Shown piece after piece: positions 28,206-37,473 of a DNA stretch of 64,000 nucleotides (position 1 is the stretch's first letter; the number at the start of each line of letters is the position of its first letter). A program made the position numbers and the translations under genes. The stretch spans positions 166,441-230,440 of the forward strand of contig CAZQWH010000001.1 of NCBI GenBank assembly GCA_964597145.1. Reading direction: 5' to 3'. The notes below the pieces were generated by a model. The model ran no database searches. It saw nothing but the letters and a program-made list of their open reading frames with translations, and had not been told where the DNA came from. Source of the DNA: an uncultured Candidatus Saccharibacteria bacterium. Lineage in GTDB: Bacteria; Patescibacteriota; CAZHWT01.

Positions 28206-28847
28206 TTACATTCCCAGCAGATGTAGCACTTTGTGTAGTAATCCATGAGAGCTGTTATTGGTATTGCTCGCCGATGTTTTTTCTTCCTGCTGTAATAAAT
28301 CAAGAATATTTTCCGGCCCTTCTACCCATCCTTGCACAGTAGCATCATCCTCCCAACAGAACCAATCGTCAATTTTAACCAGTTTTTGCAACGCATAGTA
28401 TGGCTGACTACCCGGAGCATAGTAGTAACGGTGGCCGTCATAAGTAATGCCGATAATTTTAGGTGCTTGGTTGCCGCTGTATTGGCAATGTTCGGATCCG
28501 GTAGTATCTGCATCAGCCTCAAAGCCACCTCGCGCCGGGGAGGGGAGGGAAGTAGGTGCTGGCAGATCATCCTCAACTACCGTAATAGATTGTTGGCTCG
28601 TTATCAAAGGGGTAGGGCTAGTTGCCAAAAGACCAGCGCTGCTCGTAGCAGCCGAAACATCATTGTCCGGAATATGGAGAGTCTGCTGTGGTTGAGGTAA
28701 ATCTCCTATTGCAGGGTTGGTGTGATCGCGAAGCAACCGGGGCGATGTTATCGCCACAACCGCTAAAGCAGTAAGCCCAAAAAAAATAATTGAAGCCCAC
28801 TTTAAATACGATGGAAAAAATTGATTCGCTGGTTCGTTGGATGACAT
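28206..28847 (-). CDS. Hypothetical membrane-anchored or secreted protein
   Basis: N-terminal TM helix, then Ser/Thr/Pro-rich linker and a Trp/Tyr-rich C-terminal domain. Confidence 0.4.
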   Translation of the reverse strand: MSSNEPANQFFPSYLKWASIIFFGLTALAVVAITSPRLLRDHTNPAIGDLPQPQQTLHIPDNDVSAATSSAGLLATSPTPLITSQQSITVVEDDLPAPTSLPSPARGGFEADADTTGSEHCQYSGNQAPKIIGITYDGHRYYYAPGSQPYYALQKLVKIDDWFCWEDDATVQGWVEGPENILDLLQQEEKTSASNTNNSSHGLLHKVLHLLGM

Positions 28848-29418
28848 GACATTGTAATAAAAACATCTTGTATGCTATCACAATCATGCGTGCACCGCAT
28901 CAGCCTGGCGACTCAGTTGCACCTACAGACACAGGAACGAAGAATAGTGAATTAAATATTTTTGAGGTCACGTTCTTAGTCTCTAGGCTTAAACCTTAAA
29001 GTTTAAATCCTAGCTGTCCTGGTTAGAGGGCCATGCATCCACTTTTTAGCAAATCACTGCATGCTTAACCGGCAAGGGACCGGGCGGAGAGTTCCTTGAG
29101 CGCTACTCGCCTTACGTCATTTCCGCACAACACTTCGACTTATAACGAGATAAGCCCACCGTTCGAAGCTTCAGGAAGACCGCAAACTCTCGAAAAGAGG
29201 TGTATCCCGTTAAAATGAAAGACTGTTCGTCTTGCTGGAGATTAAGGTGGAAACAACCAGGATAAGAGAAGTATATCGGTCAACAGCCCACGGTCGACTA
29301 TCCACGACATCCTGGCAATCTTACAATCTAGGCTCCAACTTCCCCTCGCCATAGTAAAGGCTACAGATGGTACGTAGCGAAGGCTACTACTCCGTATGGA
29401 GTGAATAACAAGCCATGG

Positions 29419-29452
29419 TAAAAACCCAACGACGCAACTCTATCGTTGCGTC
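29419..29452 (-). terminator. Rho-independent terminator downstream of comM (GACGCAAC-gataga-GTTGCGTC + GTTGGGTTTTTA on the minus strand)
   Basis: 8 bp perfect stem followed by a T tract on the coding strand of comM. Confidence 0.6.
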
Positions 29453-29465
29453 AGTATGCATAACG

Positions 29466-30995
29466 CTAGCTTGTGGGGCGATATTGCAGGGCTTCAGAAA
29501 GATGGGCGACGGTAATACTTTGGCTATTGGCCAAGTCCGCAATAGTGCGAGCTAGCTTAAGGATACGAAAATAGCTGCGAGCCGATAAATTGAGTTTGGT
29601 TGTGGCCAGCTGCATTAGCTGTTGCTCTTCCTCCCGTAGCAGGCAAAACTCTTTAATTTGCTGACTACTCATGCGGGCATTACAAGTTGTAAGGCTAGAG
29701 GCAAAACGCTGGTTTTGAATCTGACGGGCGGCCACCACCCGCTGGCGAATATGGTTAGAACTTTCTGCTAAATTGTGGGACTGCGACTGAGTGAAGTGCT
29801 TTTTATCCACGCGGGGAACATCCACATACAAATCAATTCGATCCATGATTGGACCAGAAACTCGTTTTTGGTAGGCTGCAACCTGACGTGCCGTGCAGAT
29901 GCAAGCCTTGAGCGGATCATTCAAGTGGCCGCAGGGACAAGGGTTTTGGGCAGCTAGCAGCTGAAAGCGGGCGGGAAACGTATAGCTCGCCTTGGCTCGG
30001 CTTACGGTAACCACCCCGTCTTCTAGGGGTTGGCGGAGGACTTCGAGAACTGAGCGAGGAAACTCAGCGAATTCATCTAAAAATAAGACTCCATGATGGG
30101 CCAGTGAAACTTCACCTGGCTTAGGGTTGGATCCGCCACCAATTAAACCAATGCTACTGGTTGTGTGGTGTGGCGCCCGGAATGGCCGCTGGCGGATTAA
30201 CGGCTCTTTACCGAGCAATCCACTAACACTAAAGATAGTGCTCACCTCAATGGCTTCGTCTAGTAGTAGAGGCGGCAAAATAGTAGGAAAGGCACGGGCT
30301 AATAAGGTTTTTCCACTTCCAGGCAGGCCTTGCATGAGTACGTTATGGCCACCAGCTGCAGCAATCTCCAGGGCTCGTTTAGCCATCTCTTGTCCTAAGA
30401 CATCTTGCATGTCCGTTAAATCGGCAATATCATGGTCGGTTAAATCGTACTGTGGCAGGGTAGCCGGGCAAGGAGAAAGTAACTTGACTTGAGTTAAATG
30501 GAGAATCAACTGTTTTAAACTAGTCACCCCATATACAGCCAGTCCCTCAACCAGCGCCGCTTCTGCCGCATTTTCGAGAGGCACATACAATTCAGCAATA
30601 CCGTGCTGTTTGGCTAAATTAGCTATGGCTAGGGTGCCAGCTACCGGACGTAGCGAGCCATCAAGTGACAACTCACCTATAAACCAGCGGCGATCCGTGG
30701 CACATTCAAACTGTTCGCCAGCTAGGAGTAGGCCCAAAGCAATTGGCAGGTCAAACGCCGGACCATTTTTAGGTAAATCAGCCGGGGCTAAATTAACGGT
30801 AATGCGATATTGGGGAAATTCGGCACCACTATTGCGCACTGCTGAACGGACTCGCTCTCGGGATTCATCAATCGCTTTATCCGGCAAACCCACCACGTTA
30901 AATGCCGGAAAAGATTGTCGAGCCACGTCGACTTCAACATGAATGGGAGTTGATTCTAAGCCGCAAATTGTAGCCGTATTAATTGTTGCTAACAT
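29466..30995 (-). CDS. comM: YifB/ComM family Mg-chelatase-like AAA+ ATPase
   Basis: 509 aa. N-terminal Lon-like domain, Walker A GLPGSGKT, Walker B LFLDEF, C-terminal ChlI domain. Sigma70-like promoter TTGACG-N17-TTAGAT plus RBS upstream. Confidence 0.9.
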   Translation of the reverse strand: MLATINTATICGLESTPIHVEVDVARQSFPAFNVVGLPDKAIDESRERVRSAVRNSGAEFPQYRITVNLAPADLPKNGPAFDLPIALGLLLAGEQFECATDRRWFIGELSLDGSLRPVAGTLAIANLAKQHGIAELYVPLENAAEAALVEGLAVYGVTSLKQLILHLTQVKLLSPCPATLPQYDLTDHDIADLTDMQDVLGQEMAKRALEIAAAGGHNVLMQGLPGSGKTLLARAFPTILPPLLLDEAIEVSTIFSVSGLLGKEPLIRQRPFRAPHHTTSSIGLIGGGSNPKPGEVSLAHHGVLFLDEFAEFPRSVLEVLRQPLEDGVVTVSRAKASYTFPARFQLLAAQNPCPCGHLNDPLKACICTARQVAAYQKRVSGPIMDRIDLYVDVPRVDKKHFTQSQSHNLAESSNHIRQRVVAARQIQNQRFASSLTTCNARMSSQQIKEFCLLREEEQQLMQLATTKLNLSARSYFRILKLARTIADLANSQSITVAHLSEALQYRPTS

Positions 30996-31313
30996 TCCTG
31001 CCCTTCCTGTAATCTAAATCTGTGGTGTGTTTGGCGTCAATACCAGTTGGTCCGGGTCTAGTCCTTCACCCATCAACTAAGAAACGATAGGTGGGTAAAG
31101 TAATAGGTACTAGGTTTCAAAGCCAAATGGCAGCCATTAAAGACGACCAGCGGTTGCCTGTATAAAACCCATTCACAGGATTGCAGATATCCGCTTGGAC
31201 GACACCTTATCAAGTATCGGTTACAACCACTAGTAGTGTTATGGGGCAGTAGTACAAATAGATATAACACGAATATAACCCGAATGTAAAGAGATAAAAT
31301 AAATAGAACGGCA

Positions 31314-31322
31314 TGCTATAAT
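31314..31322 (+). promoter_or_regulatory. Extended -10 promoter TGCTATAAT for rnpB
   Basis: TGCTATAAT ends 8 nt before the first base of the RNase P RNA P1 stem. The identical 9-mer precedes miaA and gltX. Confidence 0.6.
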
Positions 31323-31330
31323 GCAGGCGT

Positions 31331-31707
31331 TCTAAAAGGAGGATGGTTGGCCGCACCGGTCTCTCCGCCAATTGGCGGGCACTGGTGAGGAAAGTCCAGA
31401 CTGCGCAGAGCAAGTGACGGGGTGCAAGCCCCGACGGGTAACCGCTGGTGTCCGTCGTCGTATCCTACTAAACAGACGACGGAACGGAGGGTGAATCAAC
31501 ACTCTTCGAGAGCAACAGAGACGAGTAGGGATGAAACGGGCAATCCCAGCTGCAGCAACCTCCGATCGTGTCGTTATGAGTTGGCTCGACCAGACACAAA
31601 GACGAGGGCACCCTGGAACGCGAGGACCAGGGCGGGCAATCGCCTGACGATTGTCCGAGATAGATGGCACAACTAAAACAGAATCTGGCTTACAAGCCTC
31701 CTTTTAG
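31331..31707 (+). ncRNA. rnpB: RNase P RNA (bacterial type A)
   Basis: P4 5' strand GAGGAAAGTCCAGAC and 3' strand ACAGAATCTGGCTTA carry compensatory changes (CCGG/CCGG to CCAG/CTGG). GGGTGAA P10/11 region. P1 pairs TCTAAAAGGAGG with CCTCCTTTTAGA. Confidence 0.85.
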
Positions 31708-31883
31708 AACCTAGAAGAAAGCAATAAAATAGTGAATAGAGGTAATTTTACTTGTTTTGAAGCATTATTTTGAATTTTGTCTAAATTCCATCGTTTACTA
31801 TTTAATAATTTCCCAGTATGATTAACAGGCGGACATAAGTATTCTGCCACTATAAGAGTATAATAATTACCCGGAGTTTATCT

Positions 31884-32495
31884 ATGGCATCTCATTCAAT
31901 GAATAAAGCCCTCGAAGCCTTATTTATTTCTAAAGTACGAATTAAATTACTCGAAGTATTCTTAATTAATCCAGGCTCATTTTTATATGTCCGTGAATTA
32001 GTTCGATTAGTCGATGAAGAAGTGAACGCCGTGCGGCGGGAATTGACTCGTTTGCAAAAAATTGGCATGCTGCGATCAGAGGAGAGAGCCAATCGGTTGT
32101 ATTATCAATTACGAACCGACTTCACCTTCTTCCCCGAATTATTACGGATGTTTGCCAAAACCACCGATCTGGGTGGCGACATTGTTACCCATGCTGCTGA
32201 GCTGGGCAAAATTAAGCATGCAGTGCTCTCGGCCGCGTTTGTTAAAGGTCGAGTGGCTCGAAATTACGAAATTGACTTGCTTATTATTGGCCGAGTTAAT
32301 TCGGCCATTCTAGATGAGATTGTCAAAACCGCGCAACAACGGCATGGACACGAGATAAACTATACAATTATGACCGAAGAGGAGTATGCTTTCCGTAAAG
32401 GCCGGCGCGATCCATTTGTCATGTCTTTCCTCCAGCAAACCTGGGTCAACCTTATCGGTGATGAAGAAGAATTGGTTAAGCTGGAGCGGCAATAA
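31884..32495 (+). CDS. Winged-helix DNA-binding protein fused to a degenerate MNT-like (nucleotidyltransferase-fold) domain
   Basis: N-terminal wHTH (KVRIKLLEVFLINPGSFLYVRELVRLVDEEVNAVRRELTRLQKIGML). C-terminal VLSAAFVKGRVARNYEIDLLIIG resembles the MNT LFGSxARG-x5-SDIDLLV motif with GS replaced by AA. Confidence 0.5.
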   Translation: MASHSMNKALEALFISKVRIKLLEVFLINPGSFLYVRELVRLVDEEVNAVRRELTRLQKIGMLRSEERANRLYYQLRTDFTFFPELLRMFAKTTDLGGDIVTHAAELGKIKHAVLSAAFVKGRVARNYEIDLLIIGRVNSAILDEIVKTAQQRHGHEINYTIMTEEEYAFRKGRRDPFVMSFLQQTWVNLIGDEEELVKLERQ

Positions 32496-32917
32496 TGACC
32501 GCTGCTGGACGGTCTGAAGCTTGGTTAAAGCAAGCCGGGTTCGATCTTGAAGCAGCCCGACTAAGTCTTCAACACGGTTACTTTGAATGGGCTAGTTTTC
32601 AAGCCCAGCAGTCGGCCGAGAAGGCGTTAAAAGGCTTACTTGTATTTTTAGATGGATATGCTCCACGCGGACATCGTTTGGGCGGCTTGTTGGGAATGGC
32701 AAATCGGCTTGATCCGCAGGTAAAAGAGGAAATTAGGGTTTCACACGCCGCTTTGGAGGCGGCTACCTTTATATCCCGGTATCCATTTGCTATCCCGGCC
32801 CAAAAAATGAGTCCACATGAATTTATTGAAAAGGAGGATGCCGAAGAATGTCTCGCCGAAGCGACCGATATTTATCACCAAATCACGAATTTCGTCAGCA
32901 ATTACAAGCAGCCGTAG
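32495..32917 (+). CDS. HEPN domain protein (classical HEPN paired with minimal nucleotidyltransferase)
   Basis: ...AEKALKGLLVFLDGYAPRGHRLGGLL...FISRYPF matches the HEPN R-x4-6-H region and the C-terminal (Y/F)xxRYP motif. Start overlaps the upstream stop (TAATG). Confidence 0.7.
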   Translation: MTAAGRSEAWLKQAGFDLEAARLSLQHGYFEWASFQAQQSAEKALKGLLVFLDGYAPRGHRLGGLLGMANRLDPQVKEEIRVSHAALEAATFISRYPFAIPAQKMSPHEFIEKEDAEECLAEATDIYHQITNFVSNYKQP

Positions 32918-33207
32918 CAGATCTGGTTAAAGAGTTTTCTCCTGAGAAAATATACTTGTTTGGTAGTCTAGTTGAAGGCCAGGCTCGTCCCGAATCCAGC
33001 GCGGATATACTCATTATCGCATCTAGTGTTGCCACAACCCGGTTTATTGCTCGGATTAAGCGGGCCATCAAAGCGGCCAACACCCTGCCACATATTGCGC
33101 CTTTGGTATATACTCCAGAAGAGGTGGAGTTATTGCAACAACAGGGAGATGGGTTTATCCAAGATGTCCTCGACGATGGTAAGTTGCTCTATGAAAAGAA
33201 AAAGTAG
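32848..33207 (+). CDS. Minimal nucleotidyltransferase (MNT) partner of the HEPN protein
   Basis: IYLFGSLVEGQARPESSADILI is the GS-x9-D-x-D pol-beta NTase motif. The only canonical start (ATG 32848) overlaps the HEPN gene by 70 nt. Confidence 0.7.
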   Translation: MSRRSDRYLSPNHEFRQQLQAAVADLVKEFSPEKIYLFGSLVEGQARPESSADILIIASSVATTRFIARIKRAIKAANTLPHIAPLVYTPEEVELLQQQGDGFIQDVLDDGKLLYEKKK

Positions 33208-33280
33208 AAATGCGTTGGTGCAATCACTTGATGCGCTCAGGATAATTCTTTATACTCATCAACGAAAGTAACCACAAACT

Positions 33281-34690
33281 ATGAACATACGCCGAACCTT
33301 TTGGGTAATCATTATTCTAACTCTGGTAGCCGTTGTCATCGATTTACCTCGTATTCCGCTCAAATTCGACATCGCTGGCTGGAAGGTTGATACCGTTATT
33401 GCAGGCCCAGACCTCAATTTGACCACTTTAGGCATCCCTATTCAACGCCCGTTAGATATTAAGCAAGGCTTGGATTTGCAAGGTGGAACCCAAGTTGTAC
33501 TTGAGCTTGACATGTCAAAAATCTCGGGCTCAGAGCAGCAAGCAGCGGCCGATGCAGCCGTAAGTGTATTAGAGAATCGAGTCAACTACACTGGTGCAAC
33601 CGAAGCCGTAGTCCAGCCCGCTAGAGTAGGGGATGACTATCGGGTTTTAGTGGAATTACCCGGCGTGTCTAATACCGATCAAGCCATTGCTCTAGTTGGC
33701 CAAACTGCCCAACTAGAATTTCGTGAGTTTATAGATCCCGCCTCAGCTGCTGGAACCATCCCCACCTTAGAAAATACCAAATCAACTGGCTTGGGCGGTA
33801 ACGATTTAAAATCGGCAGTAGTAGACACTCAAAACCCAACTTCGCCAATGGTGGCCATCACCTTTACCGCCGAAGGTGGCAAAAAGTTTGCCGACCTTAC
33901 CAGTCGCCTTGTCGGGCAACCATTACCTGTTTTCTTAGACAACGTACCTCTAACGGCGCCAACGGTTCAAAATGCAATTATGGATGGAAGAGCAGTTATT
34001 AATGGTAGTTTTACTATAGAATCGGCCAAGCAACTGGCCCTTCAGTTATCAGCTGGAGCATTACCAGTGCCAATCAATGTAGTAGAACAACGCACCATTG
34101 GAGCCACTCTTGGCCAAGATTCGGTCAACAAAAGCTTGGTCGCGGGCAGCATTGGCTTAGTACTGGTCATGCTCTATATGCTGCTTAACTATCGTAAACT
34201 TGGGGTGGTCGCCGATATTGCCTTAGTACTCTATACCCTATTTAGCCTCGCCTTAATTATCTGGATCCCAATTACCTTAACTCTAGCTGGCATTGCTGGA
34301 TTAATTTTATCGATTGGCATGGCGGTTGACGCCAATATTCTCATTTTCGAACGGCTACGGGAAGAGTTGCGTCGTGGTAGTAAAATTCGGGCCGCCATTG
34401 AAATTGGTTTCGATCGAGCCTGGCCATCCATCCGCGACTCCAATATTTCAACGCTCATTACCTGCGTTATTTTGTACCTGTTTGGCACAGGAACCGTCCG
34501 TGGATTTGCTCTAACGCTGGGTCTAGGAGTGCTTGTTTCAATGTTTACGGCCGTAGTGGTAACCAGAACATTCTTGCGTTTACTCTATGGTAGCGGACAG
34601 TTATGGACAAAAAAAGCGAAGCGTAATGCGCAACTATCTCGATATCGGTCGGCTCGCCAGTCCGAACTACCTGCCCAAGGGAGCACCTAG
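33281..34690 (+). CDS. secD: Protein translocase subunit SecD
   Basis: N-terminal TM helix, large periplasmic domain, six C-terminal TM helices with the ...GIAGLILSIGMAVDANILIFERLREE... signature. Confidence 0.85.
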   Translation: MNIRRTFWVIIILTLVAVVIDLPRIPLKFDIAGWKVDTVIAGPDLNLTTLGIPIQRPLDIKQGLDLQGGTQVVLELDMSKISGSEQQAAADAAVSVLENRVNYTGATEAVVQPARVGDDYRVLVELPGVSNTDQAIALVGQTAQLEFREFIDPASAAGTIPTLENTKSTGLGGNDLKSAVVDTQNPTSPMVAITFTAEGGKKFADLTSRLVGQPLPVFLDNVPLTAPTVQNAIMDGRAVINGSFTIESAKQLALQLSAGALPVPINVVEQRTIGATLGQDSVNKSLVAGSIGLVLVMLYMLLNYRKLGVVADIALVLYTLFSLALIIWIPITLTLAGIAGLILSIGMAVDANILIFERLREELRRGSKIRAAIEIGFDRAWPSIRDSNISTLITCVILYLFGTGTVRGFALTLGLGVLVSMFTAVVVTRTFLRLLYGSGQLWTKKAKRNAQLSRYRSARQSELPAQGST

Positions 34691-34695
34691 TCACT

Positions 34696-35769
34696 ATGTC
34701 GGAATCTGCCCCTCATATAGACAAATCAATACATGTCTCAGCTCGGGCCAAGTCAGAGTCCGGGCCAAATCTCGAAACGCAGCCGGTGTTTGATTTTGAA
34801 GAGTTGCGTCAAACGCTACTTGAGCAAGTTGAGTTATTGCAAAGACAGTTTAAAGTTAAACACCGTAACTTGCTGCGTTGGGCTAAGAAACAAGGGTACA
34901 CTTTGCACTTTTTGGCCGATTCGTCTGCCAAGGTAGCCGTAACTGGCGGCTTGATTGGCAGTTTATTAGCTGGGGCGCCGCAACAGATCGCCCAACAATC
35001 CCTCGATCAATCGCCCTATCGTACAGAAATAGTCAACCAAACTCAAGCTCCCAAGTCCGAGGCGGCCGTCCGCCAGAAAGACCAAATGACCGTCATGGCG
35101 ATCCGGCAAAAGCAAGTTGCCGAGCAGCAACAAGCCATGGACACCTTATTGCAGATGAGCCAAGGGACACTCGGCTTAGCCAGTTCGACCACGGCCGCGG
35201 AATTAACCGCCCATCTCACCAATATTCCAGCAGTCAGCGATTTAGAAGGCTATCGTTTAAATACCAACGTCGGTCGCATTGGGGCAGAGCAGCATTTATA
35301 TCGGTATCCTGGAGATAATTTAAATGAGCATTTTAGTTCACCACAAGACCGAGCCATGCACCAATCATCGGGCTTTGCCCCAGGCTTGGGGGCGTATGGG
35401 TATTTTGCTCCGTCTAAAGCGGCTATGACCCCAGAAATCGCTCAGCGAGAAAAATACTATGTAGCTATTCAAACCTTCCTCTCGCCCAACTGGCAGGGTA
35501 ATGTTAACCAAGCCTACAATTGGTTTAAATATCGCAAGGTTGTGGTGTACCATCCAGTTACCCGTAAGGCGGTGGTTGCGGTAGTCGGTGATGCTGGGCC
35601 AGCCTGGTCTACGGGTAAAAATTATGGTGGCTCCCCAGAAGTAATGAGAGCGCTCAACGCGCACGATGGGTACGGGAGCCCTCCAGTCATGATGTTTTTT
35701 GTCAATGATGATCCAGACAATCCGGTACCGCTCGGTCCAGTCGACTTTGAGTTGCCGCCACTAGAATAG
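34696..35769 (+). CDS. Hypothetical protein with C-terminal RlpA/3D-like (DPBB-fold) domain
   Basis: C-terminal VVVYHPVTRKAVVAVVGDAGPA...GGSPEVMRAL resembles the RlpA/MltA-3D motif V-x-V-x-N..G-x-S-V-x-V-x-DRGP...IDLS. N-terminal half unrecognised. Weak call. Confidence 0.35.
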   Translation: MSESAPHIDKSIHVSARAKSESGPNLETQPVFDFEELRQTLLEQVELLQRQFKVKHRNLLRWAKKQGYTLHFLADSSAKVAVTGGLIGSLLAGAPQQIAQQSLDQSPYRTEIVNQTQAPKSEAAVRQKDQMTVMAIRQKQVAEQQQAMDTLLQMSQGTLGLASSTTAAELTAHLTNIPAVSDLEGYRLNTNVGRIGAEQHLYRYPGDNLNEHFSSPQDRAMHQSSGFAPGLGAYGYFAPSKAAMTPEIAQREKYYVAIQTFLSPNWQGNVNQAYNWFKYRKVVVYHPVTRKAVVAVVGDAGPAWSTGKNYGGSPEVMRALNAHDGYGSPPVMMFFVNDDPDNPVPLGPVDFELPPLE

Positions 35770-35784
35770 GGAGGTAAAGATCCA

Positions 35785-36117
35785 ATGAAAGCGATTATAG
35801 ATGCTGTAATAGACAAAGACCAATGGATGGTAGAGCTGGGGCTCAATAAATATACTCCGGCACAGCAACGCACTTTGTGGGATTTAGTTGCGCGCGCCCT
35901 ACAAACAAAAGCCATGGATGTTCTGCTAGATCAATTATCCCAAGAAGACCAACGCCGGTTTGTTCAATATCTATCCGAAGATGAGTTGTCGGAACAATTA
36001 GTGGTATTCTTAGGCAAGAAGATCCCAGGCTACTCAGAGTTGCTAAGCAAGGCGCTTTTGGAGTATAAGAAAGAACTGAAGCGAAACTTAAGTCGATTAA
36101 CTCCCAAAGTGGGTTAG
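35785..36117 (+). CDS. Hypothetical small helical protein
   Basis: 110-codon ORF with an RBS (GGGAGG) and no recognised motif. Confidence 0.3.
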   Translation: MKAIIDAVIDKDQWMVELGLNKYTPAQQRTLWDLVARALQTKAMDVLLDQLSQEDQRRFVQYLSEDELSEQLVVFLGKKIPGYSELLSKALLEYKKELKRNLSRLTPKVG

Positions 36118-36197
36118 TCAAATAGCGAATATCGAATAGCAAATAGTGAAACAATAGCGAATATTTAAATATTAAATATTGACTCTACACCTCATTA

Positions 36198-37289
36198 TTG
36201 TTTAGCTATTTATTCTTAAGTATTGAATTATTGAAATCCGGAGGATTTGTTTTGTTTGATTTTGTGGGTAAAAAAAGATATTGGTTTGGTTTATCGCTAG
36301 CCCTACTTATTCCGGCTATCGTATTTTTAGCCTTAGGCGGATTAAAACTAGGCTTAGATTTTACTGGTGGTAGTGAGTTAGAGTTACACATTACCAACGC
36401 CAACCGTGTTCAAGACGCCTTGCGGGCCCAAGCCAAAACCGAAAATTTGGATTTAGAAAAGATTATTCCAGCCCAAGATAACCACTATCTGCTCCGGTTT
36501 AAATCGTTAGAACAATCCCAGGTTAGCTCATATGTCCAGCATCTTAAAGATGGGCTGGGCGATGTAGAGCAAGTCAGTTTTACGTCGGTTGGCCCCACTA
36601 TTAGCGGCGATTTAAATTGGCAAACAGTTCTATCGGGCATTGGTTTGCCGTTGCGCTTATTTGGTGTAAATATAGATTCCAGTAATATCTCCCAAGCCAT
36701 CGGCGGGGTCTTCTGGGCTTCACTGATGATTGCCTTGTATATCGCTTACGCTTTTCGTAAGATTCCGGCTCCTTATTCACCCTGGGCATTTGGAGTAGCG
36801 GCGGTAATAGCCCTAATTCATGATGTCATTATTGTACTAGGTGCGTTTGCGCTCCTGGGCTACTTTTTCAACATCGAAATTGACACCTCTTTTGTTACGG
36901 CTTTATTGACGGTTATAGGATTCTCGGTTCACGACACTATCGTCGTGTTCGATCGTGTTCGCGAGAACATTCATAAATTCCACAATCTACATTTTGGCCA
37001 AGTAGTTAATATTTCGGTAGCCGAAACGCTGGGTAGGTCGATTGGTACTTCCTTAACCGTCATTTTTGTCTTGTTAGCCATGTTCTTGCTTGGCGGCGAA
37101 TCAATTCGCTGGTTCGTATTTGCCCTACTTGTTGGCATTGTGGCGGGCACCTACTCCTCAATCTTCAATGCCTCTCAACTCTTAACCGTTTGGGAGGAGT
37201 ATAAAGAAAAAGCTTCCGAGTCGCGGAATCAGCGCAGTAATAGCAAGCAATCCGCCCCCAAACTCAAAAAGCCAGCAACAACGGCTTAA
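36198..37289 (+). CDS. secF: Protein translocase subunit SecF
   Basis: Six TM helices. ...HDVIIVLGAFALLGYFFNIEIDTSFVTALLTVIGFSVHDTIVVFDRVRENI... is the SecF signature. Alternative start TTG 36252 lies 6 nt after GGAGGA. Confidence 0.85.
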   Translation: MFSYLFLSIELLKSGGFVLFDFVGKKRYWFGLSLALLIPAIVFLALGGLKLGLDFTGGSELELHITNANRVQDALRAQAKTENLDLEKIIPAQDNHYLLRFKSLEQSQVSSYVQHLKDGLGDVEQVSFTSVGPTISGDLNWQTVLSGIGLPLRLFGVNIDSSNISQAIGGVFWASLMIALYIAYAFRKIPAPYSPWAFGVAAVIALIHDVIIVLGAFALLGYFFNIEIDTSFVTALLTVIGFSVHDTIVVFDRVRENIHKFHNLHFGQVVNISVAETLGRSIGTSLTVIFVLLAMFLLGGESIRWFVFALLVGIVAGTYSSIFNASQLLTVWEEYKEKASESRNQRSNSKQSAPKLKKPATTA

Positions 37290-37445
37290 TCAGCAAGTAA
37301 ATACCACCGGTAACCGGTGCGAGTAATCCGAGTGTTCTACGAAGTTTCCTCAAGGTGTCTGGCCTTACCAGCCTTCGTCAATAAGGTAGCAACCAACCAC
37401 CTTCCTACTAGGCATGATAGTCATAAATTACTGAGTTATTTTAGG

Positions 37446-37473
37446 TTAATTATATAATATATTATATAATTAA
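37446..37473. repeat. Dispersed AT-rich palindromic element, copy 2 (TTAATTATATAAT-AT-ATTATATAATTAA), CTGAG flank at 37431-37435
   Basis: Perfect 13 nt inverted arms. Identical to copy 4. Confidence 0.8.

Noticed and set aside
28322-28887. Overlapping ORFs 28322..28576, 28332..28700, 28447..28695, 28660..28887
   Set aside because: All overlap the better-supported 28206..28847 gene in alternative frames or strands, and their translations are low-complexity.
28848-29430. tmRNA (ssrA) as the identity of the 580 bp non-coding spacer; also considered for 48518..48997
   Set aside because: tmRNA requires a tRNA-like T-arm (GGTTCGA(A/T)TCC or GGTTCAA(A/T)TCC) and a 5' GGGG...TTCGACGGG segment. The only such T-arm motifs in the window are those of tRNA-Pro and tRNA-Gln, and no plausible ...LAA-stop tag frame was found.
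31332-31676. ORFs 31332..31670 (-) and 31422..31676 (+) from the six-frame track
   Set aside because: They lie entirely within the RNase P RNA gene. The P4 and P10/11 motifs and the P1 pairing explain this sequence, and the ORFs have no protein-like features.
32848-32917. Possibility that HEPN and MNT are a single frameshifted fusion because of their 70 nt overlap
   Set aside because: The two frames each give complete, well-formed domains (HEPN ends with its RYP region; MNT has a normal N-terminal helix). No in-frame continuation exists. The true MNT start may be a non-canonical codon closer to the GS motif, which I cannot resolve.
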